The position numbers and the translations under genes were made by a program. A DNA stretch of 63,231 bases, counting the filler, from Kipferlia bialata (taxonomy: Eukaryota): the NCBI GenBank assembly GCA_003568945.1. It is 3 parts of 3 records of this genome, joined end to end, with 100 filler letters (N's around TTAATTAATTAA, not from the genome) between each part and the next. Parts side by side here need not be neighbours in the genome. Positions count along the whole stretch, not along the records: positions 46,769 to 63,231 come from BDIP01000203.1; 2 more parts are not named here. One strand, given 5' to 3'. The notes beneath the pieces were generated by a model that saw only the letters and a list, made by a program, of their open reading frames with translations, was not told the DNA's origin and searched no databases. Below, piece by piece: positions 48,679 through 63,174 of this stretch (position 1 is the stretch's first letter; every line of letters starts with the position of its first letter).

Positions 48679-51600
48679 TCAAGAATAGAACTCTCTGATC
48701 TCGGTAGTCTTGGTAGTTGCAGTCCCATCCAGTACTAACCAGGTTTCGACGATCCTAGCCCCCCCGTGTATCACTGTGAATGTGTATGTCCCTGACCCAG
48801 ATGGTGTAGACGCCGTGGTACAGTTGTAGGTATCACCCACAGCGTCATAGGCACATGCAGCATCGACCCCTCCCCAGTGCACAGTCACACTCTCTGACGG
48901 GTAGGAAGCGTCCCCGCACACGCCGTGTAGGTACACTGTATGTTGTGACATGTCTGCACTCTCATGGTGTACAGAGGTCAGGGACGGGTGGGGTTTAGGG
49001 TCACCGGCAACAACGATGCTCACTCCAATGGCTACCTCCCCACAGTCTCTGGCATATACGGTACCAGAGTATGTCTCTGCGGCACAAGGGGCTGTGAGTG
49101 GCACAGAGTATGTGCCAGTCGATGCATAGTACACCGCGTCGTACTCGTGACCGTCCAGGCTCAAGTAGAGGTCAAATACCCCTGTGACTGGTCTGCCGTC
49201 TTGTGACAAGAGGTTACCAACAGCTAGGCGAACACTCTCGCCTGGTCTATATGTCACTGTCCAGTCTGGGGTATCCGTAGTCGCTGGCATGAGTCTGGGT
49301 CCATATACAGCCACTCCCTGGCCGTCTATCTGTCCCTCAACCCGTACATGCAGGTATACACCATCCCCACTCACACTGTGCGCATAGGTGGACGGGGCGT
49401 TGGGGTGGATGGGGTAGAGAGACCCATTGCCATCCAGGTTCTGACCCATCAGGGCCACCCTCCCACTGTTACTGCCATAGCGGTCGTCAGTAGCGTCTAC
49501 AGAGTACACCTGGCCCCCCATTATGACAGCCCCTGTCTCTGTAGTGGGTACCCCGGCCTTGGAGTGCACCTCTGTGCCAGTTGCCAGGGTGGCAGAGTCT
49601 ATAGAGACCTCAGAGAGGGTGTGGGTATCATCCGTGCCAGCATGGGAACGCATCAGGAGTCTTGTCGGTGTCACCTCATCGATGTACCACATGTCAGACC
49701 TGAGTTGGATAAATCATTGAGCAGATGACATAGAACACCCATCAGAACCAGGCGAAACCAATCTGAATCTCTTGCCAAAGATCCTTACAACACTCACCCG
49801 TAGTCGTAGGAGTCACTTGTACCAACGTCTATGCCGCCATCCGTGAAACTGACCCTGTGCACTGCTGATGAGCCAGAGGCCTAAGGTTAGAATATGGTGT
49901 ATATATATATATATATCATCAGACATATATAAATCTATATCATTAGAGGCCTGAGGTTAGAATATGATGTATATTTATGTATATGATCAGAGACATAAGG
50001 GTCAGAATATGAAATCTACATATCACCACATATATATATATATATATCATCCGAGGCCTAAGGTCAGCATATGGTATATATACACTGACGGTCAATCATG
50101 AACAGAATATATCATCAGAGGCCAAAGGGTCAGGCAGGATCAGTGTCAGTAGTAGTAGTAGTAGTAGTAGTGTGGTTTCTGACCACTGAGCAATGAAAGG
50201 CCTAGCTCTTTGCGCACAGTAGTAGTCAGAATACCCTGTCACACAAGTGTAGAATACATTGGCTGAGGACCTTGAGAAGAAATGGAAGAAACTTGAAAGA
50301 ACCCATACCAAGGTATATGCCAGAATCTCCCCGTCCAGCGCTGCGTCGTGGATATTGGAGAACTCTCCGTCCAATGCCCAAATACCACCACTGTACCGTC
50401 TAAACACGACCAGCTTCTGACCAAGTCCCGACTCACCGACCAACACACCTACTCTGGTGTCAGAAGAAGCATATGAGATTGGGAGTTTGGAGTAGAGAAA
50501 GACAAACACACCTGTCACCCCAGCCTATCACGCCTCTGGATCCTAGACCCTGTGCGTCGATGTCGAGGCTGATGACACACTCCACCCGCCATACCCCAGA
50601 GTCCATGTCACGCTGCAGTATGTGGATCTCTCCCTTGCCAGACCTGGCTGCCGGTGCCACAGCTGCCACTGTCCAAGGTGAGAGCGCGGCAGTCGCAGTC
50701 ACACCCGCCACATCAAGCGTCTGACTAAGCGCGTAGAACTCAGTCACCGAGTCGTGCTCGAAGAGAGAGACAGAGCTTGAGGATGGGGTCCCAATGACAC
50801 GCAGGCCGGCACTCCCTCTTATATCGGAGGCAGGGGTGCCAACCTCTGAGGTACTACACGATGGCCCGTAAAAGCCACAGAGGTGCAGCCCACTCTGGAC
50901 AAGTGAGGCGCTAGTGACAGTCCCGTACTGTGAGGTGCCCAGCACCCTGTTGTTGACACGTACGGTCAATGTGAACACACCAGGTGGAGTCATGATTTGA
51001 CACACATACAGACTGTCGGTGTCTCTAAACACACACGGAGAGGTGGGGCTCTCATCGCTGTAGCTGACACCTACCGAGAGGCCACATCCGACATTGTCCC
51101 CACCAGCAGTATACACAGCGACTGTGTACACCCCCAAAGAGAGAGGCACAATGGAGGAAGGGGGAGTGACGGTAACAGTCGCTGGGGCGGCAGAGGGCAC
51201 GAAGAGCCGGACCTCTCTACTGTCCTTCGAGCCAACTGTGACAGCAAACCCAGCAGAGACTGAGACCTCGGAGAGGCCGCTCCCCTTGGTCCCGTACCAC
51301 TGGTGGGTCATCGCGTAGGAAGTGCCGTCCTCAGAGGCAGTGTGTAGCACAGCACCCCCGTTCCCAGAGGTGTACTCACTGTGACCGAACCCTGCTTTAG
51401 AAGGCACGCCAACCAGCAGCTGCCCCCCGGAGAGCGATACTGAATGTCCAAACTCTTCACCGTACGCGAGTGGCGAACCACACTCCGCGAGACTGGACTT
51501 GGACTGATCCTGGTGAGTGTAGGTAGTCCCAATCAGCCCATAGCGGTATACCCTGCCAGGGCTCACGTCACCCTGGGAGGCCCCTATAACCAGAGTCCCA

Positions 51601-54600
51601 GCATCCTGGGAGAGAGAGATCCCAAACCTCTCTCCACTTAAGGGAGCAGGGGAGGTTATCGTCTGTACCGAGGCGAATCCTACCATGTCCTCCTGAAGTC
51701 TCTTGATAACCACCGTCCCAGAACCGGCCGCAGTCGGATTACTGTCTGGTTTTCCTGGATTCAGACGAGTGGAGAGGTAAAGAAGTGAATCATAAACAAA
51801 CACCACACGTACCATAATCAACGACAAACAGATTGGTATATTTCTTGGTTGAACACATATACATATACACTAACGTACCAACTGCCAGGAATCCACCATT
51901 GAAGGATAGGGCCTTTACAACGTCGGCCCCCTCACTGTCTAGCCGGCCGTGATATGTCCAACTGTTCCAGAGGTGGTAGAGGAAGAGGTGCGTGTCTGCT
52001 TGTACTGCCATCCAGTTGCCAGACACAGAGATCAGGTGGCCAACACCAGTGTTGTCTGAGACAAGTGACGCTGAGGGGGCGGCGATTGTGCCTGGAATTA
52101 GAGAAATGATACTCGGGAACAGACACAGACTGTATGTAGGCACTGTGACACAGGGCGCATATGATATGTGTCAATGAACCCACCTACTGCTGTGACAGCT
52201 GCTGAACTGACAGAGTAGATGGATACACAGCTGACTGAAGGTCTACCCGCATATAGCACTGAATTCTGGAGTGCAACGCTGTCAATACCGTCATCCAGCG
52301 GGAAGCTACCGTACGTGTAGGTTCCTCCCGAGAACTCAAAGACATGCGCAGTTCTGGTAGACGCCGCGTCCTTGGACACCACCACAGTCAGCCCCCCCTC
52401 AGATGTCACCAACGCACCATCCCCAAAGGCGTTGGTTGGAGAGTCGAAGGAGTTGGGGACGTCCACCTGGCGGAGGTACTCGTAGGAGTCCCCTACCACA
52501 GTAAGGGGCCACCCGATGCCTAGGGCAGTGACTGATGCACCGCCTAGGGAGAAGGGGTAGGAGCCAGGGGTGGTGGGTCCGGTGACGGTACAGGTGAATA
52601 TCCCATCCCTCCCGTGGCTCAGTGGGACATACATGCCGTTAAACATGGCATACTGCGGGATGTACTTGTACGGAATATTCCTCAGCACACGATTAGTTGT
52701 ATGCCACATGTAAAAGCTGACTATCGTGCGTTCTCTGGTGGGTATCGTCGTCGTGGAGAGGCCGAACCCAATAGGTCGAGTGGCCCCGGGAACGTACAGA
52801 TGGACAACACCCGTGCCACCCGCCAGGGACGTCGACCCAACAACCAAGTAGCCATTAGATATAGCCGATGATTGCCCAAACCTGTGCGTGGTCCCGCCGT
52901 ATGTATCCTTTCCAAGTGTAACAACATGTGTGTACCAACCCGCGTTGCAGTCGTGGGGACTCAAGACATGCACTCGGGAGTCTTGGAGATCAGTGTCAGA
53001 ATCGTCCAGTGTCGACACAGTTAGGTACGTCCCATCTGTGGCCAGGCGAGAGGACAGGACATACTCACTCTCATACTGGATAGAACCATCAGCGAGGTAG
53101 ACCCTGGGGTAAGTAGAGAGACTAGTTATGCACCCTCATCATACACCGTCACTCAATGATGATAACATAGTATAAAGATACAATAGTAATACAATTATGA
53201 AATCTGGATCAAAAGATCGTGAACACAATTCCCCACCTCACATGAGCACCACCGGACGTAGACCGGTAGGCATAGTCGATAGTAGCAGCAGCGTTGGTTC
53301 CGGAGTATGCTGCGATGCCCTGGGGGCCTATACCCATATACCCAAAGTCTGACTTATACCACTCCCAGTATCGGCCATAGGAATAGGTATTGAAGTCGTA
53401 TATGGCGAAGATCCCCCCAGCCGAAGAGCCCACAAGTAGACTGGAACTACTACGGAAGGCGAGGCTGCTCACTTGTACGTCGTAATAGGAGAACAGGTAG
53501 GGCGAGGACCACCCGAGTGCCTCTCTCTCATACACTGCCACTGGGCTTGTGGCAAGTGTTGAGGAGGTGGCAACCAGAGTGGTGGTACCGTCTGCGTATA
53601 GAGCCACCACCGCCCCGTATCCAGCATAGGACTCCATGTCAGGATACGTCAGAGACGGGGTGAGGACTTCCTCTAGTATGTAGGCACCATTAGATAGCAG
53701 GTACACCCACACTCTACCGGAGTGCTCGCCGGTCGTGTCGCTCTGCCCCACAACGAGCGTGTCACCCTGCATGGCGACTGAGGTTCCAAAGGATGGGCCG
53801 GAGAACACACCATCTGAGAGTGTTTGGACATGAGAGACACTCTCAGCTATGTAGCTGAAGACGTGGACAACCTCTTGGGCGGGGTCGGCGACCGCAAAGT
53901 AGGGTAGCGAGATAGCAACGTGGGTTCCAAAGTCAGCGGTAGGGGTGAACCCTAGAGACACAGGGACAGGGACCTCACAGGCAAATGGGGTGAGAGCGTT
54001 AAACGTCTCAGCGAGTACGTGACCTAGAGTCAGACGGGACGGCACAATCAGATACACGATATATATACATAAGAGCGACATATACTCCTTTCAAGACTAA
54101 TTCCATAGGCAAATATACATTGAGCTACCCATATATGTATACATTGAGCCATACCTCCCTCGACGAACAGTTGCAGCTGGCCTGTCTCGTCAGCCACTGT
54201 CACATCCACACAGTACTGTCCAGTGGCCTCCGTATAGACACAGGGGTAGTCAGTGTCGGAGGTCTCTACCAGCCGGAATGCAACGTTGGTAGCAGCAGTT
54301 CCAACTGGTCTGTGAGTGATTGCATATTGGAGAGATACATTCTAACTACTGTCCAAACAATACTAACCTTGCGACCCTGCCGAGTCAAACAGAGTGGCGC
54401 AGACGGGTACTGGAGACCCGAGTACAAGACCCTCGTGGGATATCGTGTAGGAAGAGTGATGGCCCTTGACAATCCAGGCGGCAGAGAAGGTCTCCCCCTC
54501 CACGTTGACCTCATACACGCCGACAACACCCACGTCTGCGGCATTGGGATTGCCATACGTGACCGTCCAGGAACTGTTGGTGAGCTGGTGGAAAGTGACA

Positions 54601-57600
54601 TAAGAATTTCAGACATTGCAAAGACGGAAGAAATAGGACCGAAAGATATCGCCATCAGAGTGTGAGAAATCCAACCTTCCGTTCTGAGTAGCGGACACCG
54701 AGTCAAAATTGACACTGGTAAATGTCTTTGTCATTGTGTGTCCGTTCTCATTGAGGACTGTGAATGCGACAGTGGTGTCCCCCACCAGTCTGTGTTGGAC
54801 GATGACCGAGGTAGGGGTACCGGAAGATACAGCAACCTGGGCGACAGACAGGGGATTCCACTGGGGTGAGAGTGAGAGACATCATATAGCAATTAGTAAC
54901 TTCAATATTAACACCAAAGAATACACAGTCTATGTATATACATACCAGGCTGACGGGCATCTCGATGTCACGCTCGAGGGCCGACACCACGACGGCCGTG
55001 CCCTCGGTCGCCTCCACCTCCTTGTAGTACGTGTTGGTCCCAGGGACGTGCATCATTGGGTATGTCCCTGGCGCATTCCCTATGGCAATCACCAGCTCCC
55101 TGTCTGTACACGGTGTCCCGTCAGCGTAAAAGAGGGTCAGTGTCACGGTGCTCTTACCGGCAGATAAAGGAGCGGCAAAGATACCCTTCAGGTTCTCCCC
55201 TGGGGTGTAGAGAGCCACGATGCCCTTCCCGCTATCTGGATAGTACCCAGCAGTCATGTAGCGCCCCCGGTCTATGCACACAGACACACTCGTCGTTGTG
55301 GAAGCGTAGGTGGCGTCCGAGAAGGACGGTCGCCCGGACGTAGTGTATCGGTCTGTGGAGCGGTTGATTACGAACGTGTTGGCCCAGGATCCAGCACGTC
55401 CTGGGTTCAGCAGAGTTATCATAAGGTGGGTAGGAGTATGGACTGAGTGTCTGTATGTCAGTACATATATCTGAGTACCTTGTACGGACACTGCGACTGC
55501 CACCAGGCTGCCAGATATGGACAGACTCCCAGGATCGGCAACCACAGACACCATCCCGCTACTGTGGTGCAACACTTGCTTCGTGACCTTTGAGCCAGAG
55601 GCGTAGTCAAACATGTGGATCAATACCCCAGTCACTCCATGCGTAGAGTCCCTAACAGCAACGCCAACGAGGTCGTTATGGGTGGCGACGGCAAACGTGT
55701 GGGTGTTGTTGTTGATACCCAAGGTGATTTGGTCGCTGAACTCCCACACTCCACCCACAGTCAGGCTGTAGACATAGGAGTCTGGTGGTGAGACATCAAG
55801 TGTACTAGGCACAAGCGTAATCGTCTGAATCTCAGAGGGTACCTTGGTAGTTGGTACCAATCACCAAGCGGTGAGAATGTGCATCTGTGTTCACATCTGT
55901 CACAGCCACCGTGTATCCAAACTGGCCGTAGGTGTCGGTAGTGGAACCAGTGGAGTATGTAGTGGTGTCCTGGGAGAACGGGTCTCTCAGCCTCCACACC
56001 TGCCCGTCAGGTGGTCATGTGGTGTAGTCCATAACTCAACACCACGAGATAATACGCCATAATACTGTGTAGTGAAAAGGTAACTCGAACCATACCTGAC
56101 TGTGCTTCTCGAGCTCGTAGACATACACCATGCCCGTAGTTGTGGGGCCAGTTTCCTTGTAGGCACCTACCGCCAGCATACCAGGCGCTAGAGACAGACT
56201 GCAGCCATACATGCCAGCAGATGGGCCGGAGAAGGACTGCTTCCTCTGATAGACCCCACCCTCGAGGTGGTAGAGGAGGACATATGATGTATCATCATCC
56301 GAGGCGACACACCTACCAACGGCAAGCCACCCGTTCGACATGGAGACCTGGGAAGTGAGTACAAACATACAAGTCAACAGGGCCTAGGGAGAAAGAAGAT
56401 GGCGATGAAGCTATGCTCTCTCACCTTGTAGGATATGTCTGCAGACGTCATAGTCGCACCAACAACAGACGTGTCCAGCAGAGAGGCCTCAAAGTGCTCA
56501 GCACTGGACGTGGTATTATAGAGAACCACTCCCTCAGCTGCATTGCCGCCAAGTGCTGCCCAGTCACCGTCGAGGGCTGTAGAGTATGTCCCCGAGGCCT
56601 TGCTGTACTTGAATACAGTCTGCTTGTCCTGTGGAACAACAGCTGGGTTGTGAGTGGTGATGTGACTACTAACACTTCAGGTATGCCTTGTAAATATGGA
56701 AACATACCCTTGATAGCAATATCCTGCACAGTAGTAGCATTGTTCTCGAGCTTGAGGGTGGCAGTTGTGTCGTCAGTTAGCCTATGGGTGTTGACATAGC
56801 ACTGCTTGCTCTCGCTCCACCTCACAGCAGTCGCAGAGCCTCCCTCGACACTCGAGGTCAGGGTGGTGAGGTTGCCCTGGAGTGAGTCTCTCAAACTCTA
56901 TTTACCATACCATGACCATATATCGTAAATGTATGTATATGTATATATATGCCACACCTGGAGGATGATGCCTTGTGAGTCGGCCAGAGTCATGCAGACA
57001 TCAGTCTCCACGTCCAGAGGCATCTCGACATCCGAGGCAGCGATGGAGGCGGTAACTGGGTCCAGCGCAACCTCAACATCAACACCCAGGTCGTAAGTGC
57101 CGAGACCTGCGGTTCAGAGAGACATATGGGTGATGGCAAGGACTCGTAACCGTACCTGATATGTCCACGTATAGCGAGTGCACACCATGATCGGGAGCGG
57201 CGTAGGATCCCATAATGGAACACGACCCGGCCTGGTACACCCCCACAAAGGGTATTCCGTGGTCTTCCCACTAGGTGTGAGAAGTGTCAGACGATTGAGT
57301 AGTATCAACGCTATATATATGTGTGTGGGGGGGTAAACATATAGCTCCATCCGATTCACCGTACCGCCATCATTGTTCCGTCTAAGGATGGGTCGCAGAT
57401 GGGGTATCCATTGGCGTTGAGCACAGTGACATAGACGTCACTGCTGATGCCCCACTTCATCTGGGCTGCTACTAGAGACACAGGTGCACCAGCGGAGACC
57501 ACGGAAACTAACGACTGGGAGTGAGACCAAACAAGGGCAGAGTTCAAGACCAATGATATATAGAATAGATGATAGTACTAAATGAGGAATGAAATCATAC

Positions 57601-60600
57601 CGTCTGGGTCTTGTTCGAGACCATTCGAAGCTCCCCATCGGAGCTGTAACCATATACTCCCACGGACAGAGTGACTGTGCCGTCCTCTGTCACCAGAAGC
57701 CCATCCGGTGCCTCATACTCCTGACTCGTCACGTTGTAAGCGAGGGCTGTGGTAGAGGTGGACCCGTCGGAGTCTGCTGTGAAGAGAGCCTCAACCCACA
57801 GACCAGACTGAGCATCACCAGTCGATGCATCAGCGAGAGTCACCGAGTAGGGAGAAAGGCCATACACAACCTCAGAAGGTGCGCTGAGATACACATCAAC
57901 GTCCTCCAGCACGTACAGGCGCATGTTGAGAGAGGAATCTACCCCAAACGAGCACACCCTCGCATTGTCATGGTCAACAGCTATCGTGTTGCCAAATCCC
58001 CCTCCCTCTAGCTGGGCAGGGTGAGGGCTTGCGACGTAGCTTACATCGTTAACCCCGTCATCAACATAGTTCACCAGTGCCAGAGCACCTAGAACAGTGC
58101 TGCCTTCAGCGTAGAGAGGTGCACCGACAACAAAATTGTTGCCCAACATAGCCAAACTCGATCCCCAACCGAATCCAGAGAAAGTGCCGCTGGCTGAGAG
58201 TCCCCAGGAGCTAGATACACACTCGAACATGTAGACAGTGTCGATACTCGGAATCCCAACCATCAGAACAGAGGACTCGACAGCCAAGCTGACATCTGCA
58301 GCTATGAATGCGGTGGTGAGGGGTATGACGTCCTCCAGCGTCCAGTCGGCACTGGAGAGGGAGTCACCGTACCGCGTGTATACAAACACTGACCCGAGGG
58401 CACCCGCTGTCCCACCTGATGCGGCTACAGCTAGGGTCAAGGCATCTGGAGATAGTGCTACCTGGCAGCCAAACTGTGTGACAGTCACGGTGCTCGGGGA
58501 GAGAGAGTGGACCTCCTCCCAAGAGCTGGCAGCAGAGTCCCATTGGAACACGTACACACGCCCATCACTCTCTTCTGGGGCAGATACCACAAGAGTGTCC
58601 TTGTGCATGTCCAGAGAAGCCCCAAAACGAGTCGAGGAATTGATGCCCTAGGAGTCAATGACAGACATCGAGAGAGAGAGAGCAAGGAGAGGGCAAGGAG
58701 ATAGGGCAAGGAGAGAGCAAGGAGGGAACAAGGATCAAGAGTAAGCACACACCACCTGGGTACTAGGTAATATCTCTAGGGGTTCAGTTCCCCATCCTGT
58801 CCCAGCTTCGTTGAGTAAATACGCCATGACAGCAGGCACTGCAAGGCCCGGGGCTCCAACCACCAGACTTCGACCCTCGGCGGCAATGGCTCCCCCAAAC
58901 TCTGCATCTGAGCCCATTGCTGGTACCGAGACGGAACCATATGTACCCCAGTTACCATCCACGTGTTGTATGATGTGGACATCGCCAGGAGAGGCACCCC
59001 CTGCCCCTGGAACCTCGGACAGAAACAGCCACTCGCCTTGTGTTATGTAGTACAGGGAGAGGGAATGACATGAAGATAGAGTATACAAGATGTATATATA
59101 CCCACACACACATATATATAGGTATACACACTGCACCATACCGGCTAGAGCAACTGCCACGGGGTCTAGGGGAACCGAGGATGTCACTGTGCCCCCCACC
59201 TGCCTGGCAAGAGGGAGGGAGAGGGGTGCCTCAGGAAGGGGGCCGCCAGAGGCACTGACGAGGCTGGCGCTGCTGTCATTGGTCATGTAGAGTGGTCCCA
59301 GAGTGACCGTAGCGCCATGTGGGACGAGGAAGCCAGCAGGGTAGCTATACACTCCATCACTGCTGTGGGAGAGCGTGACCCCAGACATAGAGCCATCCTG
59401 GTATTATGTAAATTAGTGGAATCATATATATAATCATGTACTCACTGTACAATTGAGGTATAATAGTGTGAACGACATATCTCACCTCCAGTGTAACCTG
59501 GGCCAGTGTGTGGCTCCCCTCCACAGGGGTGTCCCCAATCTTGAGTGTGAGGCTGAGGCCATCGTAACCTGCTGTCCACGAGCCACTGCGGTGGTACATT
59601 CTCTGCTCCAGGGTGATGATGGAGTTCTGAGTTCCGCCCGCCTGGTCTTAGTATCACACGGGAATTAGGATGTGAACAAGTACAATGACTATATATCCCC
59701 TCACCTGAGACTGTACCAATGTCACGAGTGTAATCATATATACATATATACATATATCATACAGAGGGAGTAGCCAAGTCACGAACTGAGATGTATATCT
59801 CCCCTAACCTGCGCCTGTGAAGGAATAGAATAGAATATGTATTTCCACTCACCTGCGCCTGTGCCACTGCCACGAACCCATCGCCTGGCACACCCATCCG
59901 GACCCCCTTATCAACAGTTACTGCGTTGAGGCCAGACTTCCTAGCAGCATCTGTGTCCTCATAGTGGTACGAGGATACGTACTGCCCAGTGGCCTCGTCA
60001 AGTGTCCACACGGCCACACTGTCTGCGCTGCTGATGGATGTCTTGGTCGTGATCAGAACATCGTTGTAAAGGGCAACACTGTACCCAAACTGAATGTGAG
60101 ATTCTATCTATCGGTAAACCACAGGACTGATTCTCAAGGGATCCTACACCTTCAAGCGTCTTCTCACCTGCTCACCAGGACTTGTGTTGGATATCGTCTG
60201 TACCAAGTCATAAGAGGTACCGCTCCACTTGTATACCAGAACAGAGCCAGCATTCTGGGGGTGAGAACCGCATTTGATATCCATAACCAACCTCAAAAAT
60301 GGTAGACTCGCTACCGCATACTTACCGTGGCGTTGCTGTTCTCTCCCGTGCTGCTCTCAGGGGCTCCAACTGCAAGAGTACCATCAAACAGAGAGAAGGA
60401 GAGACCGAAGCCTCCATTCACATTGTATGTGGTCACAACGTGCTCTGTGCCTGGTATGGGTATTACAATTACATATATATGTAATATATATACATATGTT
60501 ATAGGTATATTGCATTTACATATATATGGGAATGTGTATATATAGATACAAGGGAATCTCAAGAAGTTTCTTAGAGAGAGAGCTGTCCATACCATCGGGT

Positions 60601-62900
60601 TCAAACACATATACGTTGCGGACTCCCGTGGTTCCCTCTCCCTGACCCACGGCGACATGTCCAGTAACTGGGTCAAGGGAGACGGCTCGCCCAAACCACT
60701 CAACCTAGGCATGAGAGTGGAACTAGCCCAAAGTAAACATGGGGAATCAAGAATATAGAATGGTATTATATGATACCCGCAATGTTGCTGGCTCTATCTG
60801 CTGGGCATGGGTCATTGTCTTGAGGGAGTCGTCCCAACTGAGTGTGAGATTCACACACGGTTAGGCATTGTATATCACTGGGGTCTGCCCGACCTGTAGG
60901 GTCTTACTAGTACCTGAACTTGTGACATATGCCCTTGTTAGGCATTGTATCTGCTCCATTTGTATGTGCTTATAACAATAACAATTGTATAAAACTATTA
61001 GACATTAGAGAAATTAGAATTAATACTAGTACCTGAACTTGTGGCATATGCCCTTGTCGGTGAGATGCTTAGGATCACAGGCAACGAGGGTGGTGCCTGA
61101 AGGTAAGCAAAGAGGGAGTATCGCATAACATGTACCACAACCAAACACCATCTCTGCTATAGTATAGGCACCTGTGAGTGTTACTGCCCATCCGAAGTCC
61201 ATGCCGTTGACAAGGTCAGGAGCATACAGCCTCAGGGCAGGAAGGTGGGTCCAGGTAGTCCCATCCTCAGAGAGGTAGTACACGTCAACCACGCCACAGG
61301 GAGTCGCACCTAGGTTCAGCGAGAGATTAGAGTACATACTACAATAACACCCAGAGAAATATACAATAATTCATCATTATTACATCTATTGCACACATCT
61401 ACCTGGGTTACCAATGGCCAGAAGGCCCCCGTCCATACTGAGGCTGGCTCCGAACTGACCTCCGTTAGAGTGACTGTCAGACAGGTATCCATCCAGCTCC
61501 CAGCTGTTGACAGTTCTCTTGTACATTGCCACCCGACCTGAGAGTGAGAGAGTATAGAGAAAGCTACACGATAGTCATGGAAAGATTGGTAAATGTCGTA
61601 CCCTTTCCGGAGTCGTATGTGCCGATCCCAACAGCCAACCAGTCACCCCACACTGCAAGGGCCAGTGTGGCCTGACCTGCCTCAATCGTACTGACACCCA
61701 GAGAGGCCAACTCTACCACTGACGCCCTACTGGCTTCCACCTGCTCCTTCACTACAGGGGTGATATAGGCGTAGGGGAGGTGGGAGACATCGGCAGACAG
61801 GCGGAGCTGCCACACACTAGGGTGTGACATGTCCAGTGAGGGGTCGGGTGAGTAGAGCCCTGTCTCTGGGTCATAGGGCATAGATACTGCACCCTCGACA
61901 GAGTAGAGAGACGGGTAGAGAGCAGCTGTGCAGCCAGTGAGGATGCTCCCGTCATCATCCGTCAGACGCACAGAGAGATGCGAGGATAATGGGTTGTCTG
62001 TGGGCGTGTAGACATTTGCCGTGTAGGCCCCTGGGACAGCCATGGCCACATAGCCACCTGAGAGTGAGGTGGATCCTTCACTATATGTATCACTACGCCA
62101 AGATACATTGGGGTTATCCAGACATGGCCTTCTCTATACAAAGTAGTGTCTGTCAGATTAATATGAATATATATATGTACATAGATGTGTTTGGTATATA
62201 TGTATATATACCTGGGTATATGGAACAGTCCTTGGTCGGGCACGGCGACCCTACTAATAGCCTTGGCGTGCCGTCCTCCCCTGCACCTAAGGTGGCAGAG
62301 ACCCCTGTAGACATGCCAGCCTGGGGTCAGGGTTGGTGGGTAGGAGAGAGAAAGAGACAGAGACATAGAGTAGAGGGTCAGGGGGGCAGACACATATGTA
62401 CAATATATACGTAGGTGAATAGGAGATAGAGAGAGGGAGAGACAGAGAGAGAATGCTGGCACCACTCACATCAGTGCCTCCTAGAGACAGGAACGGGTAG
62501 TAGTTGGACCCTCCCCATCTGTAGACATCCACTCTCCCCACCACTGTAGACCCATCCTCACTCGCTGCATCATGGTCCCACACCCCCACAGCCATATACT
62601 CCCCATGGAGGGAGAGAGTATTGGGATTGAAGCCTGACACCACCCCGTCGATCGGGACTCTCTCCCTCAGGACAGGGGTAGAGGATGAGCAGTCATACAT
62701 GCTGACTGATGCCGTGTAAAGCGCGGACCCAGACGTATTGTACCCCACGTGGGTATCAACAACCGCAATGCCTACCACTCCCTCTGAGACAGAGAGAGTG
62801 GTGCCGTATGCGACCACACCCACAGGATGGGAGAGTGTGGCATAGTACACCCAGGCAGACACAGACCAGGTCAGTACAACCACAACCCCACTCTGGGTGC
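48679..62900 (-). CDS. Giant FG-GAP (integrin-alpha-like beta-propeller) repeat protein with interspersed Ig-like segments; starts beyond the window
   Basis: Many repeats of FG-x-(S/A)-h-(A/S)-h-x-G-x2-LVVGAP across many exons, e.g. RFGISLSQDAGTLVIGA, FGHSVSLSGGQLLVGVP, FGTSVAMQGDTLVVGQ, FGGAIAAEGRSLVVGAPG, YGCSLSLAPGMLAVGA. Stop at 48679. Being a single gene is inferred. Confidence 0.75.
50147..50226 (-). mobile_element. Dispersed repeat copy 3 with (ACT)n tail and possible 10-bp target-site duplication (SINE/non-LTR-like stub) in an intron
   Basis: Core at 50171-50215, adjacent (agt)n run, and cagtagtagt flanking both sides (50147, 50217). Confidence 0.45.
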
Positions 62901-63174
62901 CTGAGAGTCAATATATATATATATTATATGTGTTTCAATATGTGTGGAGCATGTATTAGTTATATACAACAGCAATGGTGTCGCCAATCCCAACACAACA
63001 CATCTGACTGATGGGGGTGGGGGGACACATATACAAACACACACATATGTATATGTATATATATGCTTATACTCACATGAAGCTCCACAGACAAGAGCTG
63101 AATATATCTGTGAAAGGAGACTGAGGTTATCTACTGCTAGACTGTCTCCATCCAGGGTGTGACCGAGACCAACA

